Below, one piece after another: positions 32,805 to 44,632 of a stretch of 64,000 nucleotides of DNA (position 1 is its first letter; every line of letters begins with the position of its first letter). Location of the stretch: NCBI GenBank assembly GCA_047285535.1, contig JBJBDC010000001.1, positions 416,136-480,135 of the forward strand, in the 5' to 3' direction. The notes beneath the pieces were generated by a model. It was not told the DNA's origin. It worked only from the letters and a program-made list of their open reading frames with translations, and did no database searches. The position numbers were made by a program, and so were the translations under genes. Origin of the DNA: Synechococcus sp. Its GTDB lineage: Bacteria; Cyanobacteriota; Cyanobacteriia; PCC-6307; Cyanobiaceae.

Positions 32805-34897
32805 GAAAATCCTGGGTGTCGTGTCCTTTGGATTTGCGGCCTAGAAGCATTTAATGTCCCATTGATAAGCTGTGGTGTGGGACAAACTCATCAGTGGAAT
32901 TAGCTCGTCAATCATTTTATTTAAGAACTGGAATAAGGAATCTGCCTGAGAACCTATCTGGCCTTACTTCATCATAGGGTTTTATTCACTCTTACATTTT
33001 GATAATCGAAAGCCGTGAGCTGAGCCCTTAGTACTGGATGAGTATTTTCTTAATCTTGGCTGAGGAGGATTGACTTTATTTGCTTTATTGCATTGTTTGA
33101 AAGTATGGATTTTGCTATGAAGTGGTTGGGAAGTGAGCGCATTATTTGTATTTTATGTTTAGCGTGTAGTATTTGGTAGAGAATTGTTGTTAGTATTTTT
33201 GTGTTTTAAGCTAGCGAAAAGCAACTTTGTCCCAGCCTCTTGCCTTATGTTTTGGCAAGTCGTAAGTTTTCCATAAACTTCTCGCCAGATACACTGTATC
33301 GATAGTGGCAATCTCGATAACGATTACTGGATGGTGACTAATCCAATGATGGGTCCAGCAAGCTTCTTCATTTCTGATCGATATTTTCCCTCTATTCAAC
33401 CAGTTGGCTTCACTCTTTACATCTCTCATTCAGGTGGTCTTCTCTGCGGCCCTATCCCCCAACCGGTGAGACCAACTCACTCGAAAGGTTGAGACACATG
33501 GCCCTTATGGATGAGCCCTGTTCCTTCAGCCCTACGTCTTCCAAACTCGGTATATCGCCCAAACCAACAAAGTTACCCAAAATGCGGCAACCCATAACAC
33601 AGTTGGACCAACTAAAGTTGTCGGCAGCATGTAGAACAGATCCCATAGGGGCCTCCTGCTGAAGGCTTGCCAAGCGATGTTTGGGATGACAGAGCATGCC
33701 CATGCAAGAGCTGCTGTGAAAATGGTTTGATGGTAATTGTTGTTTGCTCTTCCTCGTGAAACATTCGCCTCGGCATAGAGCTTGCCTGTGCCTGATGGTT
33801 TGAACCTGCCGTAGTTCTTGAGGCAAATTTCATCGTTTGCCCCAGTGATTCGGCAATATTCGCGACAGGCAGGTTCTTGCTAGGGCTCAACTCTTGGATC
33901 TTGAGTTTGTTTTTTTGCGCTTTGAGACCTGTCAGCTAATGGCTAGCACTCAAGTGCAGATTAGAAGTTCACTCTTTTTTTAGTTGATGTCATTTTCAAT
34001 TCGAGCTTTAACACCAGAAACTTCATCAAGATTCTTGAAGTTCTCTGCTTCTTGCTCGCAAGCATGATGGTAAAAACTACCACTGATGATAATCAATGGC
34101 TTGGATCGTTTTAAGATCAGGCTCGTGAATTGTTTTAGTTATGCTCCGTAATTACTATTTGTCAAGGAAACATTGCCTCAGCTATAGCTATACTCCCTAA
34201 TGGTTATTCGTCCATAGACGCTCGCACCCCATGGGTCGCTTTGTTGGTCTGCATTCACAGCAACCTGCTGGAAGAACGGTGTTTATCAGCTAGGACTTCT
34301 ATGCCTTTGGTCCTTGTGCCTGTTGCCATTGGTCGGCTGTCATGTCCGGCATTATTGCCATCCCTCTGCCTTCATCACTATTGAACCAGCGTTGGGCGGG
34401 CGTTGTTCTGCTCAGCAGGAGGAAGGCCGCCCTTCCTGGTGGAAAGACGGCCTAACTCGCTCGTTTATGCATGGCTCAACCCATCACGACAGATAAAGAT
34501 GAAAGGTCGAAGCTTCTGGCTAGAGGCGCCCTGGGGCCATGGCTCTAGGTGTTGGGTCGGTTTCTCCTAGGGCACCTAGGGCGGTGCAAGCGGAGCGTCG
34601 ATGGCGTGACGTATCTGATGTGTACCTACCAAGCGATCAACCCAGGTCATTGTTGAGACTGTTGGAGCAGGGGCCAGAAAGTCAGTCTGCTTCTGTGATC
34701 TGCGCTGGTGGAGTGTCGGCTGTCATCAGCTCCTCCGATCTCGTTGCTCATACTTTCCACCCTCAGCAGGGTTCTTGCCATCGGTCAAATCGCGCATTGC
34801 CTTCAATGGCAAAACCTCCAATAGTGGGAATGGTGTGCCCAGACTCTGTTGCAGGGCAGAACTGATGTGACTTCGACCCATTGCAACCGGATTGGCA

Positions 34898-35188
34898 ATG
34901 ATGCTTCTGGGGGCTTCGACCCTCTCCTTGGCAATGCCAATCGTGACCATCCGTGACTTCTACGACGGCGATACCTGTCGTACGACAACTAGATAGAAGA
35001 TCATGCTGGCGTGCATCGATAACCCAGAGCTCAGGGGCAGGAGTGCCGATCCGATACCAGTCCTGCCTGTCGCGCGTGATCATCTCCGAACCCTGGTCAT
35101 GGGTCGTCGTGTTGGCCTGCGCAGGATCACCAACGACAGCTATGGCCTAACTGTGGGAGAGCTGCCCATGGATTCAATGACTCAATAA
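34898..35188 (+). pseudogene. Thermonuclease pseudogene
   Basis: FYDGDTCRTTTR*KIMLACIDNPELRG...DSYGLTVGEL. Confidence 0.8.
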
Positions 35189-36028
35189 TCTCTCACAATA
35201 ATGATTCTCACAACACATTTCTCAGCAGCTCTTGCCCTCGGGCCTTGGCTACTCGATCACCTTCTGGCCCTATTCCCCTTAGGACTCCCCCCCTACGCCA
35301 CCTCAAAACACAGGGCGCAGTGGCATGAAGGTTTCTCCAGTGAGATACATAATGAGTACATGATCTTTACAGCACTTTTTGCATCCGCGTTAGTTTTTGG
35401 ATACTCCGGCCAAGGGGCTTCGCCCGGCGTCCTGGTTGGTATCAAACCTGGGCGATGAAAGTGTAAGTGCAGCCAGATTGCAGTAAAGACTTTCTTTGCC
35501 GTTGTTTCGTCCATTGAAATACAGCAGCTACTGTCTGCGTTGATCATCAGTACAGCGGCGAAATATAGACCGTTGGAGAATCTGGCTGGAGACTGGATAA
35601 CGAATAGTCAAATTGCATCCGTGGTCTCTCACTACCCTGTTTGTGTAGGGGGAAAATAAATCTTGATCCTCAGGTTTGATCATTGAATCCTGATACTCAG
35701 CTTTGGCCTGTGGTTTTAGTTTCAGCAACAGTTGTTTTTTTGTTCGTGGCCTTATCTGCTTCAAGCACAGGCACTTTTGAATGTGTAGGAGCTTGCAAGT
35801 GCATGATTGAATGCCCTGGAACTTGCCTTTGTTGAAAGTTATATGTGCATAGTTCTGGGCTTTCTGACATCCTGTGAGCAAGCTCAAGGTTCCGACTCAA
35901 CTCGCTGAGTGGGCAGTTTCAGCATTACTGTTATTTAGTAGGAAATAAAACCCCGCTCGTGGCGGGGGTGGTGATTTGTTGTTGATTCAGGGACGAGCGA
36001 CAAGCCTCGAATCAGTTTGATCGGAAAT

Positions 36029-37735
36029 TCAAAATTTAAAAGTAGTTTTGATCAGACCGCCAAAATTGCTGAAGGTGTCGTTTCTACTTTCGTTAAGAGC
36101 GTAAGAGAATTGTCCAAGAGGACGGCTGAGATAGTAAAGCGCAGGGGTGATAGAAATGTTGTCTGTAATTTGAAACATATACCACCATTCCCAGGCGTAG
36201 TTTCCGTCGCCGACCCAGAGGTCTGTCCCATCAGCTTCGATAGAAGTCACGAAAGTGGGTTGACCAACTGCCAGGCCAAGGGTATTGCCCTTCACGAAGG
36301 CATCAGCCCACTGAAGACCTAAATACCATGACTGAGAAGTCGTGGTGTTGTAGGAGGGAAAACGGTCTACATCCAGTTTGGTGGAGTTGAGCCCCCAGCC
36401 GGTGCTGACACTGGGTATCAAGCCGGACTTTTGAGGAGACCAGTATGCGCTCACACCAACAGAATTAGTGGTGCCAAGTTGTGAAAGGCTTGATGCAAAA
36501 GGGGTGCTGTTAGTTAAAGATAAGCTCATGCCATTATCGCCAGCTGCGTAGTTATACGCAGCTGCAATGCCCCACTGATCAGCCGTATAAGCCAGCTGAA
36601 TCGTTCCGCTAGATGCGGAACAGTCAGTGGCAATTCCTCCGCAATTGTCATCAACATCCTGCCCTAGGACATTGGTATTCTCAAGCCAATCATAGCCAGT
36701 AAAGTTATTCGTACTACTCTTGTTTGGATTCGAAACGTTACCGTTAGCGCTGACATAATTTGCGCTAATGCTCCAACCATTGTTCGACCAGCTCAAGCCT
36801 GCACCGGGACCAAGCGCCAGGTTGTAAGCACCCGGCGCGCCAGCGTAGGTAAAGAAATCAAGAACCGTATCTGCCGGATAGACACTGGGCCAAACAGCCA
36901 GCATGTCGTCTTGACGGACCAAACCACCAACGGTTGCAGTGAAATTGTTGCCAATGGGGAACTGGTACCACAAACGGTTCACAGCAACACTGTTAGCACC
37001 TGAAGGCTCTTGGAAGGTAGTCTCCAATGCTGTCAGGCCAGTGGCAACGATTGGGAGTATTCCTCTGAATGTATTGCCTCCGACTTCACCAGCACCTCCA
37101 AAGACAGATTGATCGAAGTTGCCGGCACGCAGCATGGTGCGGAGAAGATCCTTGCCGGTGAAGCTGGTGTCGAGGAAGAGACGAAGGTCGTAGTTGAAAA
37201 CTGTGCCTCCCCAGTTGCCGTTGTAGTTCTTGGTGGCTGCGCTTACGTTGCTCGAGGCTTTTGGAGCCCCAAGCACGAAGCTGGCTTGACCTTTCAGCTT
37301 GGTGGTGGTGGAGAACTGAGTGGCTTCCAGTTCACCAACGCGGGCTTCCAGTCCGTCCACACGGCCCTTGAGGATCGCGAGTTCCTTCTCGAACTCTTTC
37401 ATCAGACGCTTGAGCTCTTCGGTCACTTCAGTAACGCGATCGAGACAGGCATTCAACAGAGCCGCCGCTTCAAAGCGGGTCATCGCTCTGTTGCCGCGGT
37501 AGGTGCCGTTGGGGTATCCAGCGACGCAGCCGTAGCGCTCGATCAGGTTGCTCAGTGCCTGATAGGCCCAATCGGTGGGGTACACATCAGAAAACTGAGC
37601 GATGCTGGTGACTTGCTCACCAGTGGCGGTGTAGTCAGACACACCGTTGATGTTCAGCTCAGTGGCGTTGGCAGCCACAGGGGCCAGAAGGCCCAGTACC
37701 GCTGGAGCCACCAGCAGTTTGCGGAACAGTTTCAT
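36029..37735 (-). CDS. Som-type outer membrane porin (SLH plus beta-barrel)
   Basis: FSDVYPTDWAYQAL SLH domain, coiled coil, QFSTTTKLKG, terminal KTTFKF; terminator near 35950. Confidence 0.95.
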   Translation of the reverse strand: MKLFRKLLVAPAVLGLLAPVAANATELNINGVSDYTATGEQVTSIAQFSDVYPTDWAYQALSNLIERYGCVAGYPNGTYRGNRAMTRFEAAALLNACLDRVTEVTEELKRLMKEFEKELAILKGRVDGLEARVGELEATQFSTTTKLKGQASFVLGAPKASSNVSAATKNYNGNWGGTVFNYDLRLFLDTSFTGKDLLRTMLRAGNFDQSVFGGAGEVGGNTFRGILPIVATGLTALETTFQEPSGANSVAVNRLWYQFPIGNNFTATVGGLVRQDDMLAVWPSVYPADTVLDFFTYAGAPGAYNLALGPGAGLSWSNNGWSISANYVSANGNVSNPNKSSTNNFTGYDWLENTNVLGQDVDDNCGGIATDCSASSGTIQLAYTADQWGIAAAYNYAAGDNGMSLSLTNSTPFASSLSQLGTTNSVGVSAYWSPQKSGLIPSVSTGWGLNSTKLDVDRFPSYNTTTSQSWYLGLQWADAFVKGNTLGLAVGQPTFVTSIEADGTDLWVGDGNYAWEWWYMFQITDNISITPALYYLSRPLGQFSYALNESRNDTFSNFGGLIKTTFKF

Positions 37736-38176
37736 TTTCGGTCCTCACACCAAAAACTTGCGTTACTCAGACGCACTGCTTCGATCCTCAACAGTGCCAA
37801 CGAACCATCCCGTTTACGCATCCTGCGTGCAATCGATTGGGGTCAGTTTCATCTTTGCCGGTTATTTCTCAAAATTAAAGACGAAGTTGATTGGTGCGTA
37901 GCGTTGCCAACCGATCTTTTGCAGGATGATCCTCATCTCGATGCCCTGGTGACACACCCTCTGTTTCTGTCTGAGGTCTTGCCCACTAGTCGTGAGTGGC
38001 GACAGGAGGTAACCATTCCGCATTGATCGTGCAGGGTGGGGGTATCGCGTCGGATTTGGATTAGCTGCTGTGTTGTTGCTGATCAACTCGTCAGCCCTCA
38101 CCCCCGGGCTTCTCTTTAGGCAGGGTTTGAATCAACGACTTAAGAATTCGATGTCTGTCTTTGTAGTAGGCCTCTA

Positions 38177-38272
38177 TTAATAACCACCGAAGCGCAAAGC
38201 AAGCTCTAAGGCTCCATAACCAAATAGGAAAGTGCTTCCAAGCAGTGCTATCTCTTTTTTTGAGCTTGCCAT
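38177..38272 (-). CDS. 31-aa membrane microprotein, paralog of 59375-59470
   Basis: MASSKKEIALLGSTFLFGYGALELALRFGGY*; mostly synonymous differences between copies. Confidence 0.55.
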   Translation of the reverse strand: MASSKKEIALLGSTFLFGYGALELALRFGGY

Positions 38273-38474
38273 AAAGATCAGGGTTGACTCCATCACCAAC
38301 GACCGAAAGAATCCAAAGGAAATCTGAAGGCTCAACGTTTCGAGATTTTTCCATTCACCTGTCCCAAGGACCTCTGTTTACGTAATTTCAGGAAACAGGC
38401 GTAACAGCAACTTTTGGGTCCTGGCGCTCTATTCCTTTATCTTCCCCAAACAAAAATAACTGCTGAAATTTATT

Positions 38475-38702
38475 TCACCCCTCTAGGTGTCCAGTCTGCG
38501 GTGCTCGCCATGAGGCTGCCCAGAGATTGCAGGTTTGGGTGAAGTGTTGCCCCTGCTGGAGAAGTTCCTGCCAGATGTTGCACGCCATCATGATGTGGCA
38601 CTGCTGATTCACGCCATCCCTGACTTGCTGGCAAGCCTCGAAACCACTTGAGCAAGGACAGTTTATGAGTTTCCTCTCGTCCCCATTGCTCCACTCCTCC
38701 AT
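38475..38702 (-). CDS. Diverged MEEWS-family Cys-rich protein, possibly decaying
   Basis: Aligns with 41003-41233; C-terminus shifts frame. Confidence 0.55.
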   Translation of the reverse strand: MEEWSNGDERKLINCPCSSGFEACQQVRDGVNQQCHIMMACNIWQELLQQGQHFTQTCNLWAASWRAPQTGHLEG

Positions 38703-38796
38703 GGCTGCTGGTTAGTAGGCGTGTGTTGACACAAGAGGCGGCAGATGGTTCACCACCAACACAGAAATTGGCTACAGCAGCAGGTTTCTAGGACCC

Positions 38797-38988
38797 TGTG
38801 AGCAAGATCACAGACTTGGGTGATTGCATTAGCGAGTGTGGCTGTGAATTCAGAGAAGCCGATGGAGTCAGGGGCGGGCAGCACAGCCTTGCACTTCGAG
38901 CTTTTCCTCAGAAGATTCAAGTGGTTTGGCTCTAAACAAAGGGAGGAGCCAGCTCTCCTGTTTCGTTCACTTCAAGACACCGATCACC
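38797..38988 (+). promoter_or_regulatory. Perfect CRP-type box (38797-38812) plus conserved precursor leader
   Basis: Homologous to 41335-41525, 45454-45641 and 48766-48952. Confidence 0.75.
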
Positions 38989-39108
38989 ATGACGGAACAC
39001 ACGGCACAACTGATGGATGAATCTCAAAGGGATTCAGAGCTAATTGATCAAGAGATCTCTTTTCCAGTGCTTTGTGCAGTCTCTGCGGGGTTCAATGGAT
39101 ATCCATGA
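38989..39108 (+). pseudogene. Precursor peptide with leader and truncated core
   Basis: MTEHTAQLMDESQRDSELIDQEISFPVLCAVSAG-FNGYP*. Confidence 0.55.
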
Positions 39109-39418
39109 AGAGAATTTCTGTATTAAGTATTGAATCGTTTAAAGCCGTTGATGGGTTAGAACATAAGAATGAAGTTATTGCCTAGTCACTACAAGCGATT
39201 GATTCCTCAAGAGGGCATTCAGGGTTGCTGGATGGTGAAATCAAACGGGAGTCCTTGAGTGAGGAATCAGTTGACTGGGTATGAGATTGTCGTACAGCTA
39301 CTGCTTAGGCTACTCCTATACCCATGCCACTGAAATAAGCAATCAAGACATTCATTGATATCAGTGAGTAACAACCCTGCTCCCAATTTGGTTTTATGAT
39401 TACCTCTTGCTGCCATGA

Positions 39419-39919
39419 TTAGGGGACGTCCCCTTCATTGTTGGATTCGTAATAGTCTTGGTGAGAGTTATCAGAAAAATGATGGCTTTTCTGGTATAAC
39501 GTGTATAGGTTTAGAAGATTAGATCTTCTCTCTTCGTGTTCGTTGCTAACCATCAGTTGATCATACTGAGTAATTACATTTTCGTCTAAACTTTCTTCTG
39601 CCCAGGTCATTAGACTCCAGTATTCGTCATACCCTCCTACAAGATCTTGCAGTTGGTCAATGTAGAAATCTGCTCGCTCTCCATCGACAGAATATTCAGA
39701 GCTTAGCTCTGAATATTCTGTCGATAACTCTCCAATCAGTTCGTTTTGTCGAAGCAGCTCTTTCTCTAATTGGTTGAACTCTTGCAGTATCTGTTCCCGT
39801 GAACCAGCCCATTCAATCTGAGTCTTATCGAAATTGATATGCTCAGCCTCGCTCCCGTTATAGAAGGCTTTGGGATTGATTGTAAGTCCGTTGTACCTAT
39901 CCATTGTTGTCATTAGCAA
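39419..39919 (-). CDS. Acidic coiled-coil hypothetical protein
   Basis: 166-aa ORF. Confidence 0.45.
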   Translation of the reverse strand: MLMTTMDRYNGLTINPKAFYNGSEAEHINFDKTQIEWAGSREQILQEFNQLEKELLRQNELIGELSTEYSELSSEYSVDGERADFYIDQLQDLVGGYDEYWSLMTWAEESLDENVITQYDQLMVSNEHEERRSNLLNLYTLYQKSHHFSDNSHQDYYESNNEGDVP

Positions 39920-40930
39920 AGTTCGTTAGAATCGCTAAGATCCAAAAGTTTTCCTACTTTGGTTCGATAGTGTCTTAGGTGGTAGCCATTCAGCTAAGAG
40001 TTCTGACGCCCTTGATGCATAGAGTTGTCTGAAAGTAATCATACTCAATGACAATCTAGTGCTTTCAATAAACAGCTTGTAGACTAATGAATTAATTATT
40101 GGTGAGAAAGGCCTAATCGCATGCTCATTGACTCCTCACACTATGACTGAAGTGTGACATTAACGCGATGGCAATAATGAAGGAGTTGTCATTTTTATGT
40201 TGGTCATTATCATTAGATTCTGCATGGACATGCCGTATTTAAGGTTTAATTTGGTTTGTGTCCGCCAAGACGACCTGTCGCCGTTGTGGCGTAGTCTTAG
40301 AGGCATTGAAACTTCCAGTAGCAAAAGACTATCAATACTAAAGTCTTCGTCTGAAATTGAGTGTGTTGAATTCATTTTCTATCTGTTCTACAGGACACCT
40401 TTTTACTGCAGACTGATTTTGTGAAGCCTACCTTCCAAAACAACTAACGAGACTGCGTCCTTGCTAACGGCTGAAGGGATTTAACTTCTTACTTCTCCTG
40501 ATGTCCCAGGTCACAATGTTGATAGAGCAGCTGATGTTGCATCAGTTTCCCTGCTCGCAGAGGTATCGCCTCCCAAGCTCCCTTTGAACCAGTAATTAGC
40601 CTTCGGTAGCTTCGTTCTATCGATTTGGTGATTCGTGCTCTCGCTTCAGGTGAGCATCAGGCCAGCAATGGGACCGAGTTCATGTTGAACTACGAGTACG
40701 CTTATCGATCTCTAAGTCATCCGATTCTGATGCAGCTATGTTTGCTGTATCGAGAAAATGAACAGCCTAAAAAAATTTGTCAACGGCAGCAATTCTTAGC
40801 GCGCTCCAACTGAAAGGAGGGAAAAGTCAATCAACCTGGTGGCTAAGGATTGGCTGACCACCGCGAGCGTGCTTTACAAAGCGTCATCATGGCGATAAAA
40901 TAAACAAACGATTTTGAACACGGGATCGTG

Positions 40931-40992
40931 AACTCCTCTGGGAAGAGGTTCTCATCACATCAGAAGGTCTCTGTGGAAGGAGATCTTTTTTT
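40931..40992 (+). ncRNA. Second Yfr1/Yfr10-like sRNA candidate (related copy at 30919-30978)
   Basis: AACTCCTCTGGGAAGAGGTT hairpin, CTCATCACAT linker, GGTCTCT..GGAGATC-T-run terminator. Confidence 0.45.
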
Positions 40993-41002
40993 ATGCCTTG
41001 GC

Positions 41003-41233
41003 TCAACCCATTTCGGGTGCCCAGCCTGCGGTGCTTTGCCATGTGGGTGCCCAGAGATTGCAGGTTTTGGTGAGGTGTTGACCCTGCTGGAGAAGTTGCT
41101 GCCTGATGTTGCACCCCACCAGGGTATGGCAATGCTTGTCCACGCCATGCCTGAAGTGCTGGCAAGCCACGCAAACACTCGAGCAACGGCAGTTTTTGAG
41201 TTCCCTCTCGTCCACATAGCTCCACTCCTCCAT
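41003..41233 (-). CDS. Cys-rich small protein (MEEWS family), intact copy
   Basis: CRCSSVCVACQHF...C...C...CNLW. Confidence 0.75.
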   Translation of the reverse strand: MEEWSYVDERELKNCRCSSVCVACQHFRHGVDKHCHTLVGCNIRQQLLQQGQHLTKTCNLWAPTWQSTAGWAPEMG

Positions 41234-41245
41234 GATCAGCTCTCA

Positions 41246-41259
41246 AGTACAGATGTACT
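41246..41259. promoter_or_regulatory. Cyanobacterial LexA (SOS) box
   Basis: AGTAC-AGAT-GTACT, 12 nt upstream of the ATG; one-mismatch copy at 31230-31243. Confidence 0.75.
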
Positions 41260-41525
41260 AGCTCGGGAGAGGGCTGGTCGTCAACAAGAACAGCTGAAGC
41301 TGTCCACCATCGCTTAGTTGGTTGCATTGGACTCTGTAAGCAAGATCACAGACCTGGGTGATGGCCATCAGCGAGCGAGGCGGTGAGTTCAGAGAAGCTG
41401 AAGGAGTCAGGGGGGCAGCCCAGCGCTGAACTCTCAGCTCTTCCTCAGAAGATTCAAGCGATTTGGATCTACAAAAAGGGAGGAGCCATCCCTTCTGGTT
41501 CGTTCACTTCAAGACACCGATCACC

Positions 41526-41720
41526 ATGACTGACATCAACTCAAAAGCGATGGATGAATCACCCGTGGATTCAGAACAGATGGATCAGGAAATCAAGCCG
41601 GAAGACCTGCATGCGATCTCTGGTGGCTGGGGAAGGAGTTGCTATTACAGCTACAGCAACAACCGTTCTGCTAGCTACACCGCTGCATCAAGTGATGACG
41701 GTAGAAACGGTAGAAACTGA
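41526..41720 (+). CDS. Double-glycine precursor peptide, Ser/Tyr-rich core
   Basis: DQEIKPEDLHAISGG-WGRSCYYSYSNNRSASY...; box at 41335-41350; terminator near 41742. Confidence 0.8.
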   Translation: MTDINSKAMDESPVDSEQMDQEIKPEDLHAISGGWGRSCYYSYSNNRSASYTAASSDDGRNGRN

Positions 41721-41829
41721 CATCTCTGAGTGACCTGACCACCCCGCTACGAGCGGGGTTGTTGATTAAAGCCACTGAGCTCCAACAGATTGTGCTGGCC
41801 AAGTAATCAATACCTTCACGATGCTTAGT

Positions 41830-42261
41830 TTAAAAAGGGATCACGATGGACCATCTATTACGTCTGAACCACCAACGATTGCTGCTCACCTCCCGCTTTG
41901 GAACACTTCCAGAGTTGAATCCGTTCGGATCATCAGCTTGGGGGCTAATTTTCGTCGCTCCGTCCAATGGAATCTCGTACCCCACGTAATGGTCACCTTC
42001 TTTCTGACATGACCTCGAAGGATATTGCGAATACGTCGTCCATATGCCAGTTCTCTTCACGGTGTAATTTTCAGCTGATGATGCCCATTGTTGACAAGCC
42101 CTATACGCAGCTTCTGGAGACTCATAGCGGTTCAAACCCTGGACAAAACCGATAAGATTCGGGATTTGGGTAATGACAAGAGCGGCGAGAAGTAACTGGG
42201 TGATTTGAATAGATCTCATCAGCAATATGCAGTCATTAGAAATGGGAGTTACTAAATCCAT
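41830..42261 (-). CDS. Hypothetical membrane-anchored protein
   Basis: 143-aa ORF with N-terminal hydrophobic segment. Confidence 0.5.
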   Translation of the reverse strand: MDLVTPISNDCILLMRSIQITQLLLAALVITQIPNLIGFVQGLNRYESPEAAYRACQQWASSAENYTVKRTGIWTTYSQYPSRSCQKEGDHYVGYEIPLDGATKISPQADDPNGFNSGSVPKREVSSNRWWFRRNRWSIVIPF

Positions 42262-43159
42262 TACAATGTCAATGAATCCATCGTAAAGACAAAAAGTGTT
42301 TGATTGCTGCCACCATTGATGCGGTAAATCGATGCGTGCTAGATATGATCATTGGCTAATGCGCGTTTCGCTTAGCTTTGCAGAGGGATTAACCTCATTG
42401 CGATAGACAATCTAAGCAAAACATGTTGGTCCAGCTCCTGCCCCAGCGATCCATCTCAATACTTTGAAATCACAGTTGGCAATTCACCCTGAGTCCTATG
42501 AAGGAGTGATGCATGATGATCATCCAAATGTTCATCCATAAGCTTCAACTCAGACAGCTGTTAAGCTCTCGCCGATTCAATCAGGATATCTAAAAAGATC
42601 ACTATAAAGTTTTTAGTCGCTTTTATGAGGATAAAACGGAAGGCCGACTCGTACACTGTTCCCGCTTTAGCGTCAAAATATAATGCAATCAATACCTATG
42701 AATGAACTGTTGAAATAGCGCGAAATTCATATCGTTATAAAGGCGATCCTCAATTCCAGCGCCAAAGGTTAAGAGCAAGGATCGTAATCGCATAACTTTT
42801 AACATGTATATCAATCTTAAGCCAAAAAACATAGAGAGGTATTCTGAGCTAAAAATTAATAAGATGTTGCGTCAATGGCCCTTTCTAATCACAAGGGTTG
42901 ATTGTTTTTAATTCCAGCTGGAACTGGAGATGTGGGCTGTTAAGTCCTGGTAAAAGTAAAGAAGCTACCAGCACGAATTGGCAATCAGATACTGATTTTC
43001 AAAACCATATTGAGGCTTGTAATCGATGGTTCTAGAATAAAGATTATTGTTTTCCAATCGCGTCACATTTGCTGATGCCCAAGGTCATGAGACTTTCTTT
43101 TTCTATCAAATGTTGTTAATACAGGGTCACCCCAAAACAGAAGCCACACTTTTGAAGTC

Positions 43160-43483
43160 ATGAACAACGCTAGTCCTAGACTCTCAATCCAAATTTGGCA
43201 AGGAGTTCAAGGGACCGTCTTGAGTGTGATTCCTGCTGCTTTTCTTCTTGCAGGTCCACCTCCTCCCCCAATGCTTCCTATTGAAATTGAAAAGCCAGTT
43301 CCAAAAGAGCATCCTGGCTTGAAGGTGGAAAATTTCCAATTTGAAATTGATCAGAAAAATTTTAATTGTTCTGCAGGAGAACTGAATTCAGGTAACAAAG
43401 CACCATATGCCTACAGCCCATCAAACGAGTCTTTTGCTGGCGAACTGCAAATTCATGCAGCTCGATGCAAGACACGTTTTTAG
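43160..43483 (+). CDS. Hypothetical protein
   Basis: 107-aa ATG ORF with hydrophobic stretch and poly-Pro. Confidence 0.5.
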   Translation: MNNASPRLSIQIWQGVQGTVLSVIPAAFLLAGPPPPPMLPIEIEKPVPKEHPGLKVENFQFEIDQKNFNCSAGELNSGNKAPYAYSPSNESFAGELQIHAARCKTRF

Positions 43484-43716
43484 ACGAGAGTAGATGAAAA
43501 CATAATCCGCACGTCACACATCACAACAATCTGAGCTATCAGTCCATGAGCTTTCTAGGTCTGAACGTAGGGACTCATAATGTCAACTCTTTACTTGTTA
43601 ATTAACTACCAGATAAGTTGATCGAGGGTACTCTCATCAACATGAACTCCAGAATTGCTTAAGCCAAATGGATAAGCGACACTGAGACCCACAATGATGG
43701 AAATGCAACGAGCAGG

Positions 43717-44401
43717 ATGATCAGTATTCTCGTCGTTATGACCCCGCACGGATAACTCGGAGAGACGGGCTACACCACTGGCTTCTGGTTCGAAGAATTT
43801 GCTGCTCTATATTTCATATTCAATGAAGCAGGAGCAACGATCCCATTCGCATCCCCGCAAGGAGAGTTGCCGACAATCGAACCCAAGAGCAACAGTTTGG
43901 ACACGGAGACAGAAACCATTTGACGGTTCAAGGCTGATTGTTTAGCCGCTCGATCATTCGCCACTAGCGCAAGGCCGTACTTCCTTTCAGCTCATTACTT
44001 TGACGCAGTTTTTAATCCCCGAGGACTCGCTCCTCTATAAGCCTTTGTAGACAGCGAATCATCGATTCAACTGATTGAAGATTTCTGGGCAGATTGCAAG
44101 TCTATCTTCGCTGTATGCCATGCTCCAATCGTTTTCATCATCGCTAAAGATCAGAATGGTGAGCCTATTGTCAAAGGACGAGAAGTGACTGGATTCACCA
44201 ATTCTGAAGCAGAGGCTATAGGCCTCAGCAAAATTGTGCCTCGGCTTCCAGAGCCAACAATGATTGCTAATTAATGGTGCCAAATATTCGAGAGGTAGCG
44301 ACTGGCAGTCTTATACATGCCAAGACGGCAATCTGATTACCGGTCAGAACCCGCGATCATTTGAAGCAGTGGCGAAACTCATACTTCGAGCTCTTGCTTG
44401 A
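43717..44401 (+). pseudogene. DJ-1/PfpI (type 1 glutamine amidotransferase-like) pseudogene
   Basis: TGFWFEEFA, FASPQG, AVCHAP, VTGFTNSE, LITGQNP; several stops. Confidence 0.85.
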
Positions 44402-44503
44402 AATCAGTCTAAAAATGAGCGGGATCCAATGGTCCTCACTGATACCTGACTCCATAGATTCTCTGGTTTCACAAGCCAGCCGATGCCGTCAATCAAGCAG
44501 CTC

Positions 44504-44519
44504 TGTGATTTGGCTCACA
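44504..44519 (-). promoter_or_regulatory. Perfect CRP-type box in an orphan cassette head
   Basis: TGTGA-TTTGGC-TCACA with spacer AACGCTAAAACTGCC on the minus strand. Confidence 0.6.
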
Positions 44520-44632
44520 GGATCCCAGACATCAGGCACCATTAAGCGGAGGCAGTTTTAGCGTTACCATGAAAGAAATAGCAAGCAACAAACATTCCCA
44601 ACCTATCGTTAGGACTTTAAGTAATAGAAATA

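Noticed and set aside
37010..38026. 338-aa plus-strand ORF
   Set aside because: Antisense shadow of the porin gene
38091..38354. 87-aa ORF-track protein
   Set aside because: Paralog comparison supports a different reading frame
40131..40141. Canonical yfr1 gene
   Set aside because: Exact motif present, but no clear terminator and not in the guaB-trxA context; kept only as a candidate
40160..40375. Another precursor (MNSTHSISDEDFSIDSL)
   Set aside because: No GG/GA site in frame and no cassette promoter
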